Source: the human T2T-CHM13v2.0 reference genome, Homo sapiens
Assembly (NCBI RefSeq): GCF_009914755.1
Contig: NC_060947.1
Length of the DNA stretch: 64,000 bases
Strand: one strand, 5' to 3'
The position numbers and the translations under genes were made by a program. Of the stretch, positions 20,591-50,061 are shown one piece after another; the stretch's first letter is position 1; every line of letters starts with the position of its first letter. The notes under the pieces are model-generated. The model was not told the origin of the DNA. It ran no database searches and saw nothing but the letters and a program-made list of their open reading frames with translations.

Positions 20591-21014
20591 TGATTCCTAT
20601 TAGTACATGCAAATGGTTTGCTGTTTTCAATGATTTTTAGGGATCATCTCAAATTTACAGCTTAAAACCTAAAATGAAGTTTATAGTCATCTTAATTATT
20701 TCAGGAGAAATTTCTCATTTTTTTTTCTTTATTTGGTTTTGTGCCTTCATCAAAATGTGGGAAGCAAGAGAGTTAAACTCAAATTTGTCAATTCTGCTGT
20801 TAGTATCTTTGGTGAAGGTTTCCATGCTGCCTAACATTATCCTTTCATTTTTTAAAAAACATGCTATCCATGACCTCTGTAACCATGGAGAAGTTCAAGA
20901 TCTTCTCTCATTTTTTCCTGTGTCTGTTCTAGCATCTAGCAACATGCCTGGCAAATAGTAAGGGCTTGACCAGTATTTTTTAACTAAATTATTTCATGAA
21001 TCTATGGGAGTGTA

Positions 21015-21230
21015 TAAAGAAAACTGGATTTAGAGTCAAAAGACTAGGGTTCCTGTCTTGGATCTGTTCCATTTGGATGTTTAACCATGTACAAGTCACT
21101 TAAGGAAAGAGAATTACACAAATATTTTCTGTAAATGAGGATTGGCAATCCTCAAGTTTTTTGGAGAATTAAGAGAACGTAGATGAAACTTTTTTTGTAA
21201 ATTATAAAACACCAAATTTAAGGTGTTATG
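21015..21230 (+). mobile_element. Decayed MIR
   Basis: actggatttagagtcaaaagactagggttc...caagtcactt...tctgtaaatgagg. Confidence 0.5.
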
Positions 21231-21998
21231 ATTAGTCATTAGTGAATTTTGCTTTAATAGAGTCTTAAATAATTAAACTGGCTGGATGAATAGACCAAAT
21301 GCTTATTAGCTAATATAGGTAAATGTATGCATAAATGTTTTCTATGAAAGTGAAAACACAAGGCACAAAGGCAATTGTACTATTCTAATTCATATTCTGT
21401 GGCATTGAGAATAAGGCTACTTGCCTAATGAGACACTGAACAAAACTATAGTGCAGTTTTCATCCCGGAATGCCCTACAATAACATTTAAAATTCATTAC
21501 TGCATTTCGATTACTGCTAATAATACTATACTTTGTTTCAATGTTTTTCCTTAGAGTACTCATTGGCAAAGTAGCCATTCAATTGTTCCTGCCCATTTCA
21601 AGTTAGTTGATGCCACTTTTCAAATGAGAGACCCTTTAATTTGCATTATGTGCCAGGTGAAAAGATGCACAGGTTTTCAAAAGTGAGTGATATTACAATT
21701 CTAGGTTGCAATTCTTATCATCCAATCCAATTTAAACTCTCTACTTTGTAATTATAGCTAACAGTGTACTGACCTGGAAAATCAGACAAAAAGCAGAAAA
21801 ATAAAGGGAGAAAAATACCACTGATACCAATACCAAAACAACAAACAAACAAAACAATGGAAAACAGAGAGCCAGACCAAGGCTCAAATCCCACCAAAAA
21901 CTGGGATATTCCTTTTACCTGTTACTCATACTTCTTTGAATCTCTGAATGTGTTGGTAAGATTCCTGTATGGAAAAATAATTTTAAGAATTGGCTTTT

Positions 21999-23658
21999 TG
22001 GCATACTGCCCAAAGCAATGTACAGATTCAATGCTATTCCTATCAAACTACCAATGACATTCTTTACAGAAATAGAAGAAACTATTTTAAGTTTCATATG
22101 GAACTGAAAAAGAGCCAGAGTACCCAAGGCAATCTTAAGCAAAAAGAAAAAAGGCATCACATTACCTGACTTCAAACTATACTAAAAGGCTACAGTAACC
22201 AAAATAGCATGATACTGATACAAAAAGTATCACCAGTGGAACAGAATATACCAATGGAACAGAATAGAGAGCCCAGAAATAATGCCACACACCTATAATC
22301 ATCTGATTTTTGACAAAGTTGACCACAACAAGCAACAGAGAAAAGACTCCCTCTTCAATAAATGGTTCAAAGATACCTGGCTAGTAATATGCGGAAGATT
22401 AAAACTGGGCCCCTTCCTTATGCCATATACAAAAATCAACTAAAAAAGGATTAAAGACTTAAACGTAAAACCTACAACCATAAAAAAAACCCTGAAAGAT
22501 AATGAGGAAATACCATTCTGGACATAGGACCTGGCAAATATTTCATGATGAAGACACCAAAAGCAATTTCAATAAACACAAAAATTGACAAATGGGATCT
22601 AATTAAACTGAAGATCTTCTGCACAGCAAAAGAAACTATCAAGAGAGTAAACAGACAACCACAGAATGGGAGAAAGCATTTGCAAACTATACATCCAACA
22701 AAAGTCTAATATCCAGAATCTATTAAAAAAAACTGAACAAATCAACAAGCAAAAAGCAAACAACCCCATTAAAATGTGGGCAAAGGACATCAACAGACAC
22801 TTTTCAAAGGAAGACATACATGTGGCCAACAAGCATATAAAAAATTCTCAACATCACTAATCATTAGAGAAATGCAAATCAAAACCATAATGGGATACCA
22901 TGTCACACTAGTCAGAATGGCTATTACTAAAAAGTAAAAAAAAAAAAAAAAGAAAAGAAAAACAGATAGATGCTGGAGAGGTTGAGGAGAAAAGAGAACA
23001 CACTGCGGGTGGAAATGTAAATTAGTTCAGCCATTGTGGAAAGCAGTTTGGTGAGTTCTCGAATAAGTCAAAGAACAATTACCATTTGACCCAGAAATCC
23101 CATTACTGGGTATATACCCAAAGAAATATAAAACATTCTACCATAAAGAAACATGCAAATTTATGTTCACTGCAGCACTATTCACAATAGAAAAGACATG
23201 GAATCAACCTAAATGTCCATCAACAGTAGACTGGATAAAGAAAATGTGGTACATACACACTATGGAATACTGTGCAGCCATAAAAAAGAATGACATCATG
23301 TGCTTTGCAGCAACAGAGATGGAGCTGGATGCCATTATCCTTAGCAAACTAATACAGGAACAAAAACCCAAATACCACATGTTCTCACTTATAAGTGGGA
23401 GCTAAACACTGAGTACATATAGACACGAAGAGGAAAACAATAGACATGGGGGCCTACTTGTGGGTGGAGAAAGGGAGGAGGGTGAGGATAAAAAAACTAC
23501 CTATCAGGTACTATGCTTATCATCTGGGTGATGAAATAATCTGTATATCAACCCATGTGACACGGAAATTACCTGAATAACAAACCTGCACATGTACCCT
23601 TGAACCAAAATAATAGTTAAAAACAAATAAATATAATTTAAACTTAATATATAAAAAC
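21999..23658 (+). mobile_element. 5'-truncated L1PA16-like element
   Basis: ORF2 3' part plus 3'UTR (aaaactacctatcaggtactatgcttat). TSD gaattggctttt 21987-21998 / gaattgactttt 23659-23670, with a tttt/aaga endonuclease site. Confidence 0.88.
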
Positions 23659-23757
23659 GAATTGACTTTTCAGAAGACAAAATAGAGAATGTCAACATTG
23701 GAAGAAAATTTAAGTTTCAAATACTAAATGAATCTCATTTTATATTTTAAATTAATT

Positions 23758-24569
23758 GTTTTTGATCTTTTATTTTATTTTATGTTATTATACTTTAAGT
23801 TCTAGGGTACATGTCCACAATGTGCAGGTTTGTTACATATGTATACATGTGCCATGTTGGTGTGCTGCACCCATTAACTCGTCATTTACATTAGGTATAT
23901 CTCCTAAAGCTATCCCTCCCCCCTCCCCCCACCCCACGACAGGCCTCGGTGTGTGATGTTCCCCTTCCTGTGTCCATGTGTTCTCATTGTTCAATTCCCA
24001 CCTATGAGAGAGAACATGCAGTGTTTGGTTTTTTGTCCTTGTGATAGTTTGCTGAGAATGATGATTTCCAGCTTCATCCATGTCCCTACAAAGGACATGA
24101 ACTCATCCTTTTTTGTGGCTGCATAGTATTCCATGGTGTATATGTGCCACATTTTCTTAATCCAGTCTATCATTGATGGACATTTCGGTTGGTTCCAAGT
24201 CTTTGCTATTGTGAATAGTGCTGCAATAAACATATGTGTGCATGTGTCTTTATAGCAGCATGATTTATAATCCTTTGGGTATATACCCAGTAATGGGATG
24301 GCTGGGTCAAATGGTATTTCTAGTTCTAGATCCTTGAAGAATCGCCACACTGTCTTCCACAATGGTTGAACCAGTTTACAGTCCCACCAACAGTAAAAGT
24401 GTTCCTATTTCTCCACATCCTCTCCAGTACCTGTTGTTTCCTGACTTTTTAATGATCGGCATTCTAACTGGTGTGAGATGGTATCTCATTGTGGTTTTCA
24501 TTTGCATTTCTCTGATGATCAGTGATGATGAGCATTTTTTCATGTGTCTGTTGGCTGCATAAATGTCTT
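23758..24569 (-). mobile_element. 5'-truncated L1PA5-like 3' end (~0.8 kb)
   Basis: Antisense 3'UTR ccattaactcgtcatttacattaggtatatctcc and ORF2 C-terminus in ORF 23991..24362(-). The TSD is ambiguous in the AT-rich flanks. Confidence 0.9.
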
Positions 24570-24734
24570 ATTTATTTTTAAAATAATCACCTTGATTGAG
24601 AATAAGCATGTCACTTTATAGACAGGGAAAGTGAAATACAGAGAGAGGAAGAAACTTGTCAAATGTCACTCAATTTTTTAGCATAATTAGTTGGTCTCTA
24701 ATTTTCAAGTTATCCCTCTTTTAAAAGGGAGACT

Positions 24735-24795
24735 GTAAGTCACTCTTCGTCAAAGTGTATGATTTTTAAAAATCAGAATGGCTGGGTGGCTTAAG
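24735..24795. mobile_element. Probable left part of a MER5 (hAT-Charlie) element that continues at 51020
   Basis: tcaaagtgt...atcagaatggctgggtggcttaagaaaa resembles MER5 atcagaatcacctggggagcttgttaaaa. The match is short and diverged. Confidence 0.4.
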
Positions 24796-24805
24796 AAAAA
24801 AAACA

Positions 24806-30878
<6,073 letters not shown>

Positions 30879-32432
30879 AAGAATAAAAACAAACAACCCA
30901 ATTAAGAAGTGGGCAGAGGACATGAACAGACACTTTTCAAAAGAGTACATATGTGCAACCTAAAATTATATGAAAAAATATTCAACATCACTGGTCATTT
31001 GAGAAATGCAAATGAAAACCACAATGAGATAGCATCTCCAACAAGTAAGAATGGCTATTAATAAAAAGTCAAAAAATAACAGATGCTGGCAAGGTTGTGG
31101 AAGAAATTGAATGCTTATACACTGTAAGTGGAAGTGTAAAGTAGTTCAGCCATTGTGGAAGACAGTGTGGTGATTTCTAAAAGAACTAAAAACAGAAAAA
31201 CCGAAGTCTCTTTAGAGGATCATGGCAGATGGGAGGCAGGAGTAGATTGCAGTGCTGACTCCGATGGACAGAGCAGTGCGTGGAGCCTCAGATCGTAAAT
31301 TTTTCTAGAGGACCACTACAGGAATAAATCAGGTAACCTAAGAGGACCCACAGACCCTCTGAAGGAAGCAGATTGCCCCTGCAGGACCTGAGAGACAATG
31401 CAAATACTTTGAGTGCCAAAAGTGTGAAAATAGAAAAGGGAGATTATTCATCCCCAAACACAAACCCCCACTGGGGAAACTGAAGGTCTAGGTTATGGAA
31501 GATTCTGACCTTACCTGGAGCTGAGTCAATTTAGAGAGCTGAGCAAAATACAGGGGTAGAGGAAGCAGCAGAGAATGCCCTGTGAGCTCCCTGGGTAAAC
31601 TAGCAACCCATCTCTGCCTGGCCTCACAGGGGTCTTTCAGAAGGGTTCCAGAGGCACAGGGAAAAGGCCTTTGGGAGCAAGAAATCTCCAGCTGAACTTT
31701 GTAACAACTTGAACTCATTGAGAAGTCTCCTAGCCAAAACTCGGGGGAGGCTGTGAATCTGGTGTGTGGACTCCACAAGTAGGGGAAAAAGGAAAGCCAT
31801 ACTTGCTTTGTCACCTGGGAGGCTCAATAGCAATGGATCCAAACCAAGAAGAAATCCCTGATTTGTCTGAAAAAGATTTCAGGAGGTTAGTTATTAACCT
31901 AATCAGGAATGCACCAGAGAAAGATGAAGCTCATGGAAGGAAATTTAAAAAATGATATAAGAAGTGAAGGGAGAAATAGTCAATGAAATAGCATAAATAA
32001 AAAACAATCAAAACTTCAGGAAACAATGAACACACTTATAGAAATGCAAAAATGATTTGGAAAGTCTCAGCAATAGAATCAAAGAAGTAGAAGAAAGAAA
32101 GTCAGAGCTCGAAGATAATGTCTTTGAATTAATCCAATGCAACAAAGACAAAAAAATTTAAGAAAACATAAACAAAGCCTCCAAGAAGTCCGGCATTATG
32201 TCAAACAACCAAACCTAAGAGTAATTGGCATTCTTGAAGAAGAAGAAAAATCTAAAAGTTTGGAAAACATATTTGGGGGAATAATTGAGGAAAACTTCCC
32301 CAGCCTTGCTAGAGACTTAGACATCCAAATACAAGAAGCACAAAGAACATCTGGGAAATACGCCTCAAAAAGATCATTGCCTAGGCACATTTTCATCAGG
32401 TTATATAAAGTTAAGACGAAGGAAAGAATCTT

Positions 32433-32742
<310 letters not shown>

Positions 32743-35448
32743 AGGAAAGAATCTTAAGAGCTGTGAGACAAAAGCGCCAAGTAACCTATAAAGGAAAACC
32801 TATCAGACTAACAGCAGATTTCTCAAAAGAAACCCTACAAGCTGGAAGGGATTGGAACCCTATCTTAAGCCTCCTCAAACAAAAAAATTATCATCAGCGA
32901 AGAATTTTGTATGCAGTGAAACTAAGCTTTATATATGAAAAAAAGATACAGTCTTTTTCAGACAAATAAATGCTGAGAGAATTCACCACTACCAAGCCAC
33001 CGCTACAAGAACTGCTAAAAGGAGCTCCAAATCTTGAAACAAATCCTGGAAACACATCAACACAGAACCTCTTTAAAGCATAAATCTCACATGTCCTATA
33101 AAAGAAAAATACAATTAAACAAAATCAAAAATATATAGGCAACAGATAGCACAATTAAAGGAATGCTACCCCACATCTCAATACTAACATTGAATTGGAG
33201 TGACCTAAATGCTCCACTTAGAAGATACAGAACCGCAGAATGGATAAGAACTCACCAACCAACTACCTGCTGTTTTCAAGAGACTCACCTAACACACAAG
33301 GACTCACATAAAATGAAGGTAAAGGGATGGAAAGAGACATTTCATGCAAATGGACACCAAAAGCGAGCTGAAGTAGCTATTCTTATATCAGACAAAACAA
33401 ACTTGAAAGCAACAGCAGTTAATAAAGACAAAGAGGGAAATTATATAATGGTAAAAGGCCTTGTCCAATAGGAAAGTATCACAATCCTAAACATATATGC
33501 ACTTAACACTGGAGCTCTTAAATTTATAAAAAAATTACTAATAGACCTAAGAAATGAGTTAGACAGCAAACACAATAATAGTGGGGGACTTCAATACTCC
33601 ACTGACAGCACTAGAAAGGTCATCAAGACAGAAAGTCAACAAATAAACAATGGATTTAAACTGTACTCTGGAGCAAATTGACTTAACAGATATATTCATA
33701 ACATTCCATCCAACAACCACAGAAAATACATTATATTCAACAGTGCGTGGAACTTTCTCCAAGATAGACCATATGATAAGCCACAAAAGGTGCCTCAATA
33801 CATTTAAGAAAATGGAAGTTATATCAAGCACTCTCTCAGACCACAGTGGAATAAAACTGGATATCAACTCCAAAAGTAACCTTCAAAACTATGCAAATAC
33901 ATGAAAATTAAATAATCTGCTCCTGAATGATCATTGGGTCAAAAATGAAATCAAGATGGAAATTAAAAAATTCTTCAAACTGAATGACAATAGTGACAAA
34001 ACATATCAAATCCTCTAGGTACAGCAAAGCTGGTGCTAAGAGGAAAGTTCATAGCCATAAACACCTACATCAGAAAGACTAAAAGAGCACAAACAGACAA
34101 TCTAAGATCACACCTCAAGGAACTAGAGAAACAAGAACCAACCAAACCCAAACCCAGCAGAAGAAAGGAAATAACCAAGATCAGAGCAGATCTAAATGAA
34201 ATTGAAACAACAACAACAAAAAATACAAAAGATAAATGAAACAAAAAGCTGGTTCTTTGACAAGATAAATAAAATCGATAGGTCGTTAGCAAGATTAGCC
34301 AAGAAAAAAAAAGAGAAAATCCAAATAAACTCACTAACAAATGAAATGGGAGATATTACAACTGACACCACAGAAATATAAAAGATCATTCAAGGCTACT
34401 ATGAACACTTGTATTTGCAAAAACTAGAAAACCTAGAAGAGATGGATAAGTTCCTGGAAAGAAATAACCATCCCAGCTTGAATCAGGAAGAATTAGATAC
34501 CCTGAACAGAACAATAACAAGCAGTGAGATTGAAATGGTCATTTAACAGTTACCAACAAAAAAAAGTCCAGGACAAGAAGGATTAATGGCAGAATTCTAC
34601 CAGACATTCAGAAAAGAATTGCGACCAATCCTACTGACACTATTCCACAAGATAGAGAAAGAGGGAACCCTCCCTATATAATTCTATGAAGCCAGTATCA
34701 CTCTAATGCCCAAGCCAGGAAAAAACATAACCAGAAAAGAAAAGTACAGACAGTATCCCTGATGTACATAGATGCTAAAATCCTTAACAAAATACTAACT
34801 AACCAAATCCAAAAACATATCAAAAAGATCATCCATCATGATCAAGTGGGTTTCACACCAGGGACATAGGGATGGTTTAACATATGCAAGTAGATAAATG
34901 TGATATACCACATAAACAGAATCAAAAACAAAAATCACATGATCATCTCAATAGATGCAGAAAAAGCATTCAACAAAATCCAGCCTCCCTTTATGATTGA
35001 AACTTTCACGAAAACTGGCATAAAGGGGACGTACCTCAAAGTAATAAAAGCCATCTATGACAAACCCACAGCCAACATAATATTGAATGGGGAAAAGTTG
35101 AAAACATTCTCTCTGAGAACTGGAACAAGACAACAATGCCCACTCTCACTGCTCCTCTTCAACATAGTACTAAAAGTCCTAGCCAGAGCAATCAGGCAAG
35201 AGAAAGAAATAAAGGGCATCCAAATCGATAAAGAGAAAGTTAAACTGTCACTGTTGATGATATGATTGTTTACCTAGAAAACCCTAAAGTTTCTCCAGAA
35301 AGCTCCTAGAACTGATAAAAGAATTCAGTAAAGTTTCTGGATACAAGATTAATGTACACAAATCAGTAGCTCTTATATACACCAACAGCAACTAAGCTGA
35401 GAATCAAATCAAGAACTCAACCCTTTTATGATCCCTTAAAAAAAAATC

Positions 35449-39578
<4,130 letters not shown>

Positions 39579-40812
39579 TTCAAATTCAGGAAATATGGAG
39601 AACACCAGAAAGATACTCCTCGAGAAGAGAAACTCCAAGACACATAATATTCAGATTCACCAAGGTTGAAATGAAGGAAAAAATGTTAAGGGCAGCCAGA
39701 GAGAAAGGTCAGCTTACCCACAAAAAGAAGCCCATCAGACTAACAACAGATGCCTCCGCAGAAATGATACAAGCCAGAAGAGAGTGGGAGCCAATATTCA
39801 ACATTCTTAAAGAAAAGAATTTTCAACCCAGAATTTCATATCCAGCCAAACTAAGCTTCATAAGAGAAGGAGAAATAAAATCCTTTACAGACAAGCAAAT
39901 GCTGATGGATTTTGTCACCACCAGACTTGCCTTACAAGAGCTCCTGAAGGAAGCACTAAACATGGAAAGAACAACCAGTGCCAGCCACTGCAGCAACATA
40001 CCAAATTGTAAAGACCATCAACACCATGAAAAAAGTACCTCAACTAATGGGCAAAATAACCAGCTAGCATCATAATGACAGGAACAAATTTACACATGAT
40101 GATATTAAACTTAAATGTAAATAGGCTAAATGATCCAAATAAAAGACACAGACTGGCAAATTGGATGAAGATTCAAGACCCATCGGTGTGCTGTATTCAG
40201 AAGACCCATCTCACGTGCAAAGACACACAAAGGCTCAAAATAAAGAAATGGAGGAAAATTTACCAAGCAAATGGAAAGCAAAACAAACAAACAAACAAAC
40301 AAAAAACTGCAGGGGTTGCAATCTTGGTCTATGATAAAACAGACTTTAAACTAACAAAGATCAAAAGAGACAGAGCAGGGCATTACATAATGGTAAAGGA
40401 ATCAAGGCAACAAGAAGAGCTAACTATCCTAAATATATATGAATCTAATACAGGAGCACCCAGATTCATAAAGTAAGTTCTAAAAGACCTACAAAGAGAT
40501 TTAGATTCCCACACAAAAATAGTGGGAGACTTTAACATGCCACTGTCAATATTTGACAGATCAATGAGACAGAAAATGAACAAGGAGATTCAGGACTTGA
40601 ACTCAGCTCTGGACCAAGCAGACCTAATACACATCTACAGAACCCTCCACCCCAAATCAACAGAATATGCATTCTTCTCTGCACCTCATCGCACTTATTC
40701 TGAAATTGACCATATACTTGGAAGTAAAATACTCCTCAGCAAATGCAGAAGAACAGAAATCATAACAAACAGCCTCTCAGACCACAGTGCAATCAAATTA
40801 GAACTCAGGACT

Positions 40813-45256
<4,444 letters not shown>

Positions 45257-48200
45257 AACTCCAGACTTAGAAGCTCACTCAAAACTGCACAACTACATGG
45301 AAACTGAACAACCTCCTCCTGAATGACTACTGGGTAAATAACGAAATTAAGGTAGGAATAAAGATTTTCTTTGAAACCAATGAGAACAAAGACACAACAT
45401 AGCAGAATCTTTGGGACACATTTAGAGCATTGTTTAGAGGGAAATTTATAGCACTAAATGCCCACAAGAGAAAGCAGGAAAGATCCAAAATCAACATGCT
45501 AACATCACAATTAAAAGAACTGGAGAAGAAAGTGCAAACAAATTTAAAAGCTAGCAGAAGACAAGAAATAACTAAGATCAGAGCAATACTGAAGGAGATA
45601 GAGACACAAAAAACCCTCAAAAAAAATCAATGAATCCAGGAGCTGGTTTTTCGAAAAGATCAACAAATTAGACCGCTAGCCAGACTAATAAAGAAGAAAA
45701 GAGAGAAGAATAAAATAGACACAATAAAAAATGATAAAGGGTATATCACAACTGGTCCCACAGAAATACAAATGACCATCAGTGAAAACTATAAACACCT
45801 CTACCTAAATAATCTAGAAAATCTAGAAGAAATGAATAAATTCCTGGACAGATACACCTTCCCAAGTCTAACCCAGGAAGAAGTCTAATCCCTGAATATA
45901 GCAATAGCAAATTATGAAATTGAGGCAGTAATTAATAGCCTACCAACAAAAAAAAGTCCAGGACCAGACAGATTCACAGCCAAAATCTACCAGAGGTACA
46001 AGGAGGAGCTTGTACCATTCCGTTTGAAACTATTCCAAACAATAGAAAAAGAGGAATTCCTCCCTAATTCATTATATGATGCCAGCATCATCCTGGTACC
46101 ACAACCTGGCAGAGACACAACAAAAACAGAAAATTTCAGGCCAATACCCCTGATGAACATCAAGGTGAAAATCCTCAATAAAATACTAGCAAACCAAATC
46201 CAGCAGCACATCAAAAAGCTTGTCTGTCACGATCAAGTTGGCTTCATCCCTGGGATGCAAGGCTGGTTCAACATATGCAAATCAATAAATGTAACTCATC
46301 AGATAAACAGAACCAATGACAAAAACCACATGATTATCTCAACAGATGCAGGGAAGGCCTTTGATAAAATTCAACAGCCCTCATGCTAAAAACTCTCAAT
46401 AAACTAGGTATTGATGGAATGTATGTCAATATAATAAGAGCTATTTATGACAAACCCACAACCAATATCATACTGAATGGGCAAATGCTGGAAGCATTCC
46501 CTTTGAAAACCAGCACAAGACAAGGATGGCCTCTCTCACCACTCCTATTCAACATAGTATTGGAAGTTCTGGCCAGGGCAATCAGGCAAGAGAAAGAAAT
46601 AAAGGGTATTCAAATAGGAACAGAGGAAGTCAAATTGTCTCCGTTTGCAGATGACATGTTTGTACATTTAGAAAACCCCATTATCTCAGCCCAAAATCTC
46701 CTTAAGCTGATAAGCAACTTCAGCAAAGTCTCAGGATACAAAATCACTGTGCAACAATCACTAGCATTCCTATACACCAATAACAGACAGAGAACCAAAT
46801 AATGAGTGAACTCCTATTCACAATTGCTACAAAGAGAATAAAATACCTAGGAATAAAACTTACAAGGGGTGTGAAGGACCTCTTCAAGGCGAACTAGAAA
46901 CCACTGCTCAAGGAAATAAGAGAGAACACGAACAAATGGAAAAACATTCCATGCTTATGGATAGGAAGAACCAATATCGTGAAAATGGCCATACTGCCCA
47001 AATGAATTTATAGATTCAATGCTATTCCCATCAAGCTACCACTGACTTTCTTCACAGAACTGGAAAATCTACTTTACATTTCATATGGAACCAAAAAAGA
47101 GCCCACATTGCCAAGAAAATCCTAAGCAAAAAGAACAATACTGGAGACATCATGCTACCTGACTTCAAACTCTACTACCAGGCTACAGTAGCCAAAACAG
47201 CATGGTACTGGTACCAAAACAGATATACAGTCCAATGGAACAGAACAGAGGCCTCAGAAATAACACCATACATCTACAACCATCTGATTTTTGACAAATC
47301 TGACAAAAACAAGCAATGGGAAAATGATTTCCTATTTAATAAATGGTGTTGGGAAAACAGGCTAGCCATATGCAGAAAACTGAAACTGGACCCCTTTCTA
47401 ACACTTTATACAAAAAGTAACTCAAGATGGATTAAAGACTTAAACACAAGACCTAAAATCATAAAAACCCTAAAAGAAAACCTAGGCAATACCATTCAGG
47501 ACATAGGCATGGTCAAAGACTTCATGACTAAAACAGCAAAAGCAATGGCAGCAAAAGCCAAAATGGACAAATGAGATCTAATTATACAACAGAGCTTCTG
47601 CACAGCAAAAGAAACTATCATAAGGGTGAAAAGGCAACCTACAGAATGGGAGAAAATTTTTGCAATCTACCCATCTGACAAAGGGCTAATATCCAGAATC
47701 TATAAAAACGTAAATAAATTTACAAGAAAAAAACAAACAGCCCCATCAAAAAGTGGGTGAAGGATATGAACAGACACTTCTCCAAAGAAAACATTTATGC
47801 AGCCAACGAACATATGAAAAAAAGCTCATCATCACTGGTCATTAGAGAAATTCAAATTGAAACCACAATAACATACCATCGCACGCCAATTAGAATGGTG
47901 ATCATTAAAAAGTCAGGAAACAACGGATGCTGGAGAGGATGTGGAGAAATAGCAACGCTTTTACACTGTTGGTCGGAGTGTAAATTAGTTCAACCATTGT
48001 GGAAGATAGTGTGGGGATTCCTTAAGGATCTAGAACCAGAAATACCATTTGACCCAGCAATTCCATTACTGGGTATATACCCAAAGGATTATAAATCATT
48101 CTACTATAAAGACACAGGCACACATGTGTTTATTGTATCACTATTCACAATAGCAAAGACTTGGAACCAACCCAAGTGCCCATCAATTTTAGACTGGATA

Positions 48201-49938
48201 AAGAAAATGTGGCACATAGATACCATGGATTACCATGCAGCTATAAAAACAGGATGAGTTCATGTCTTTTGCAGGGACATGGATGAAGCTGGGAACCATC
48301 ATTCTCAGCAAACTAACACAAGAACAGAAAACCAAACACCTCATATTCTCACTCATAAGTGTGAGTTGAACAATGAGAACACATAGATACACGGAGGGGA
48401 ACATCACATGCTGTGGCCTTTCAGGGTTGGGATGCTAGGGGAGGGATAGCATTAGGAAAACTACGTAATGTAGGCGATGGGTTGATGGGTGCAGAAAACC
48501 TCCATGGCACATGTATACCTATGTAACAAATCTGGACGTTTTGCACAAATACCCCAGAACTTAAAGTATAATAAGGAAAAAATAAACACTTTATGTGAAA
48601 AAAAAATCCTTAGGAATATATCTAAACAAGAAGGTGAAAGACCTCTACAAGGAAAATTCAAAACACTTCTGAAAGTAATCATAGACGACACAAACAAATG
48701 GAAACATAACCCATGTCATGGACGAGTAGAATCAATATTGTGAACAGGATCATAATGCCAAAAGCAATCTACACATTCAATGCAATTCTCATCAAAATAC
48801 TAATATCATTCTTCACAGAATTAGAAAAAACAATTCTAAAATTCATATTGAAGCAAAATAGCCCATATAGCCAAAAAGAATAAATCTGGAGGCATCATAT
48901 TACCTGGTTTCAAACTATGCTATAAGGCAATAGTTACGAATACAGCATGGTACTGGTATTAAAATATACCCACAGACCAATGGAACAAAACACAAAATCA
49001 GAAATAAATCCAAATACAGCCAACTGATCTTCGACAAAGCAAACAAAAATATAAAGTGGGGAGAGGACACCCTTTTCAACTAATGGTGCTGGAATAATTG
49101 GCTAACCACATGTAGGAGAATGAAACTGGATCCTCATCTCTCACCTCATACAAAAATCAACTCAAGATGGATTAAGGACTGAAATCTAAGACCTGAAACT
49201 ATAAAAATTCTAGAAGATAACTTTGGAAAAACCCTTATAGACATTGGCTTAGCCAAAGATTTCATGACCAGGAACACAAAAGCAAATGCAATAAAAACAA
49301 AGATAAATAGCTGGGACTTAATTAAACTAAAGAGCTTTTGCACAGCAAAAGGAACAGTCAGCAGAGTAAACAGACAACCCATACAGTGGGAGAAAATCTT
49401 CACAATCTATACATCTGACAAAGGACTAATATCCAGGATGTACGAGGAACTCAAATCAGAAAGACAAAAACAAACAATCCCATCAAAAAGTGGGCTAAGG
49501 ACATGAATAGACAATTCTCAAAAGAAGATATACAAATGGCCAAGAAATGTATTAAAAAATGCTCAACATCACTATTTATCAGAGAGATGCAAATTAAAAC
49601 CACAATTTAATACCACCTTACTCTTGCAAGAATGGCCATAATCAAAGAAATTAAAAAATAGTAGATGTTGGCATGGATGTGGCAAACAGGGAACACTGCT
49701 ACACTGCTGGTAGGAATGTCAACTAATGGAAACAGTGTGGAGATTCCTTAAAGAACTAAAAGTAGAACTACCATTTCATCCAGCAATCCCATTACTGGGT
49801 ATCTACCCAGAGGAAAAGAAGTCATTATACAGAAAAGATAGTTGCACACGCATGTTTATAGCAGCATAATTCGCAATTGCAAAAACGTGGAACCAACCCA
49901 AATGTCCATCAATCAATGAGTGGATAAAGAAGCTGTGA

Positions 49939-50061
49939 GATATATATATATACACACATATATATATGTATATATATATGTATATATATATATACACATA
50001 TATATGTATATATATATATACACATATATATATGTGTATATATATATGTGTATATATATAT
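49939..50061. repeat. Compound (TA)n/(CA)/(TG) microsatellite within L1PB1
   Basis: About 120 bp of alternating purine-pyrimidine sequence. Confidence 0.95.
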
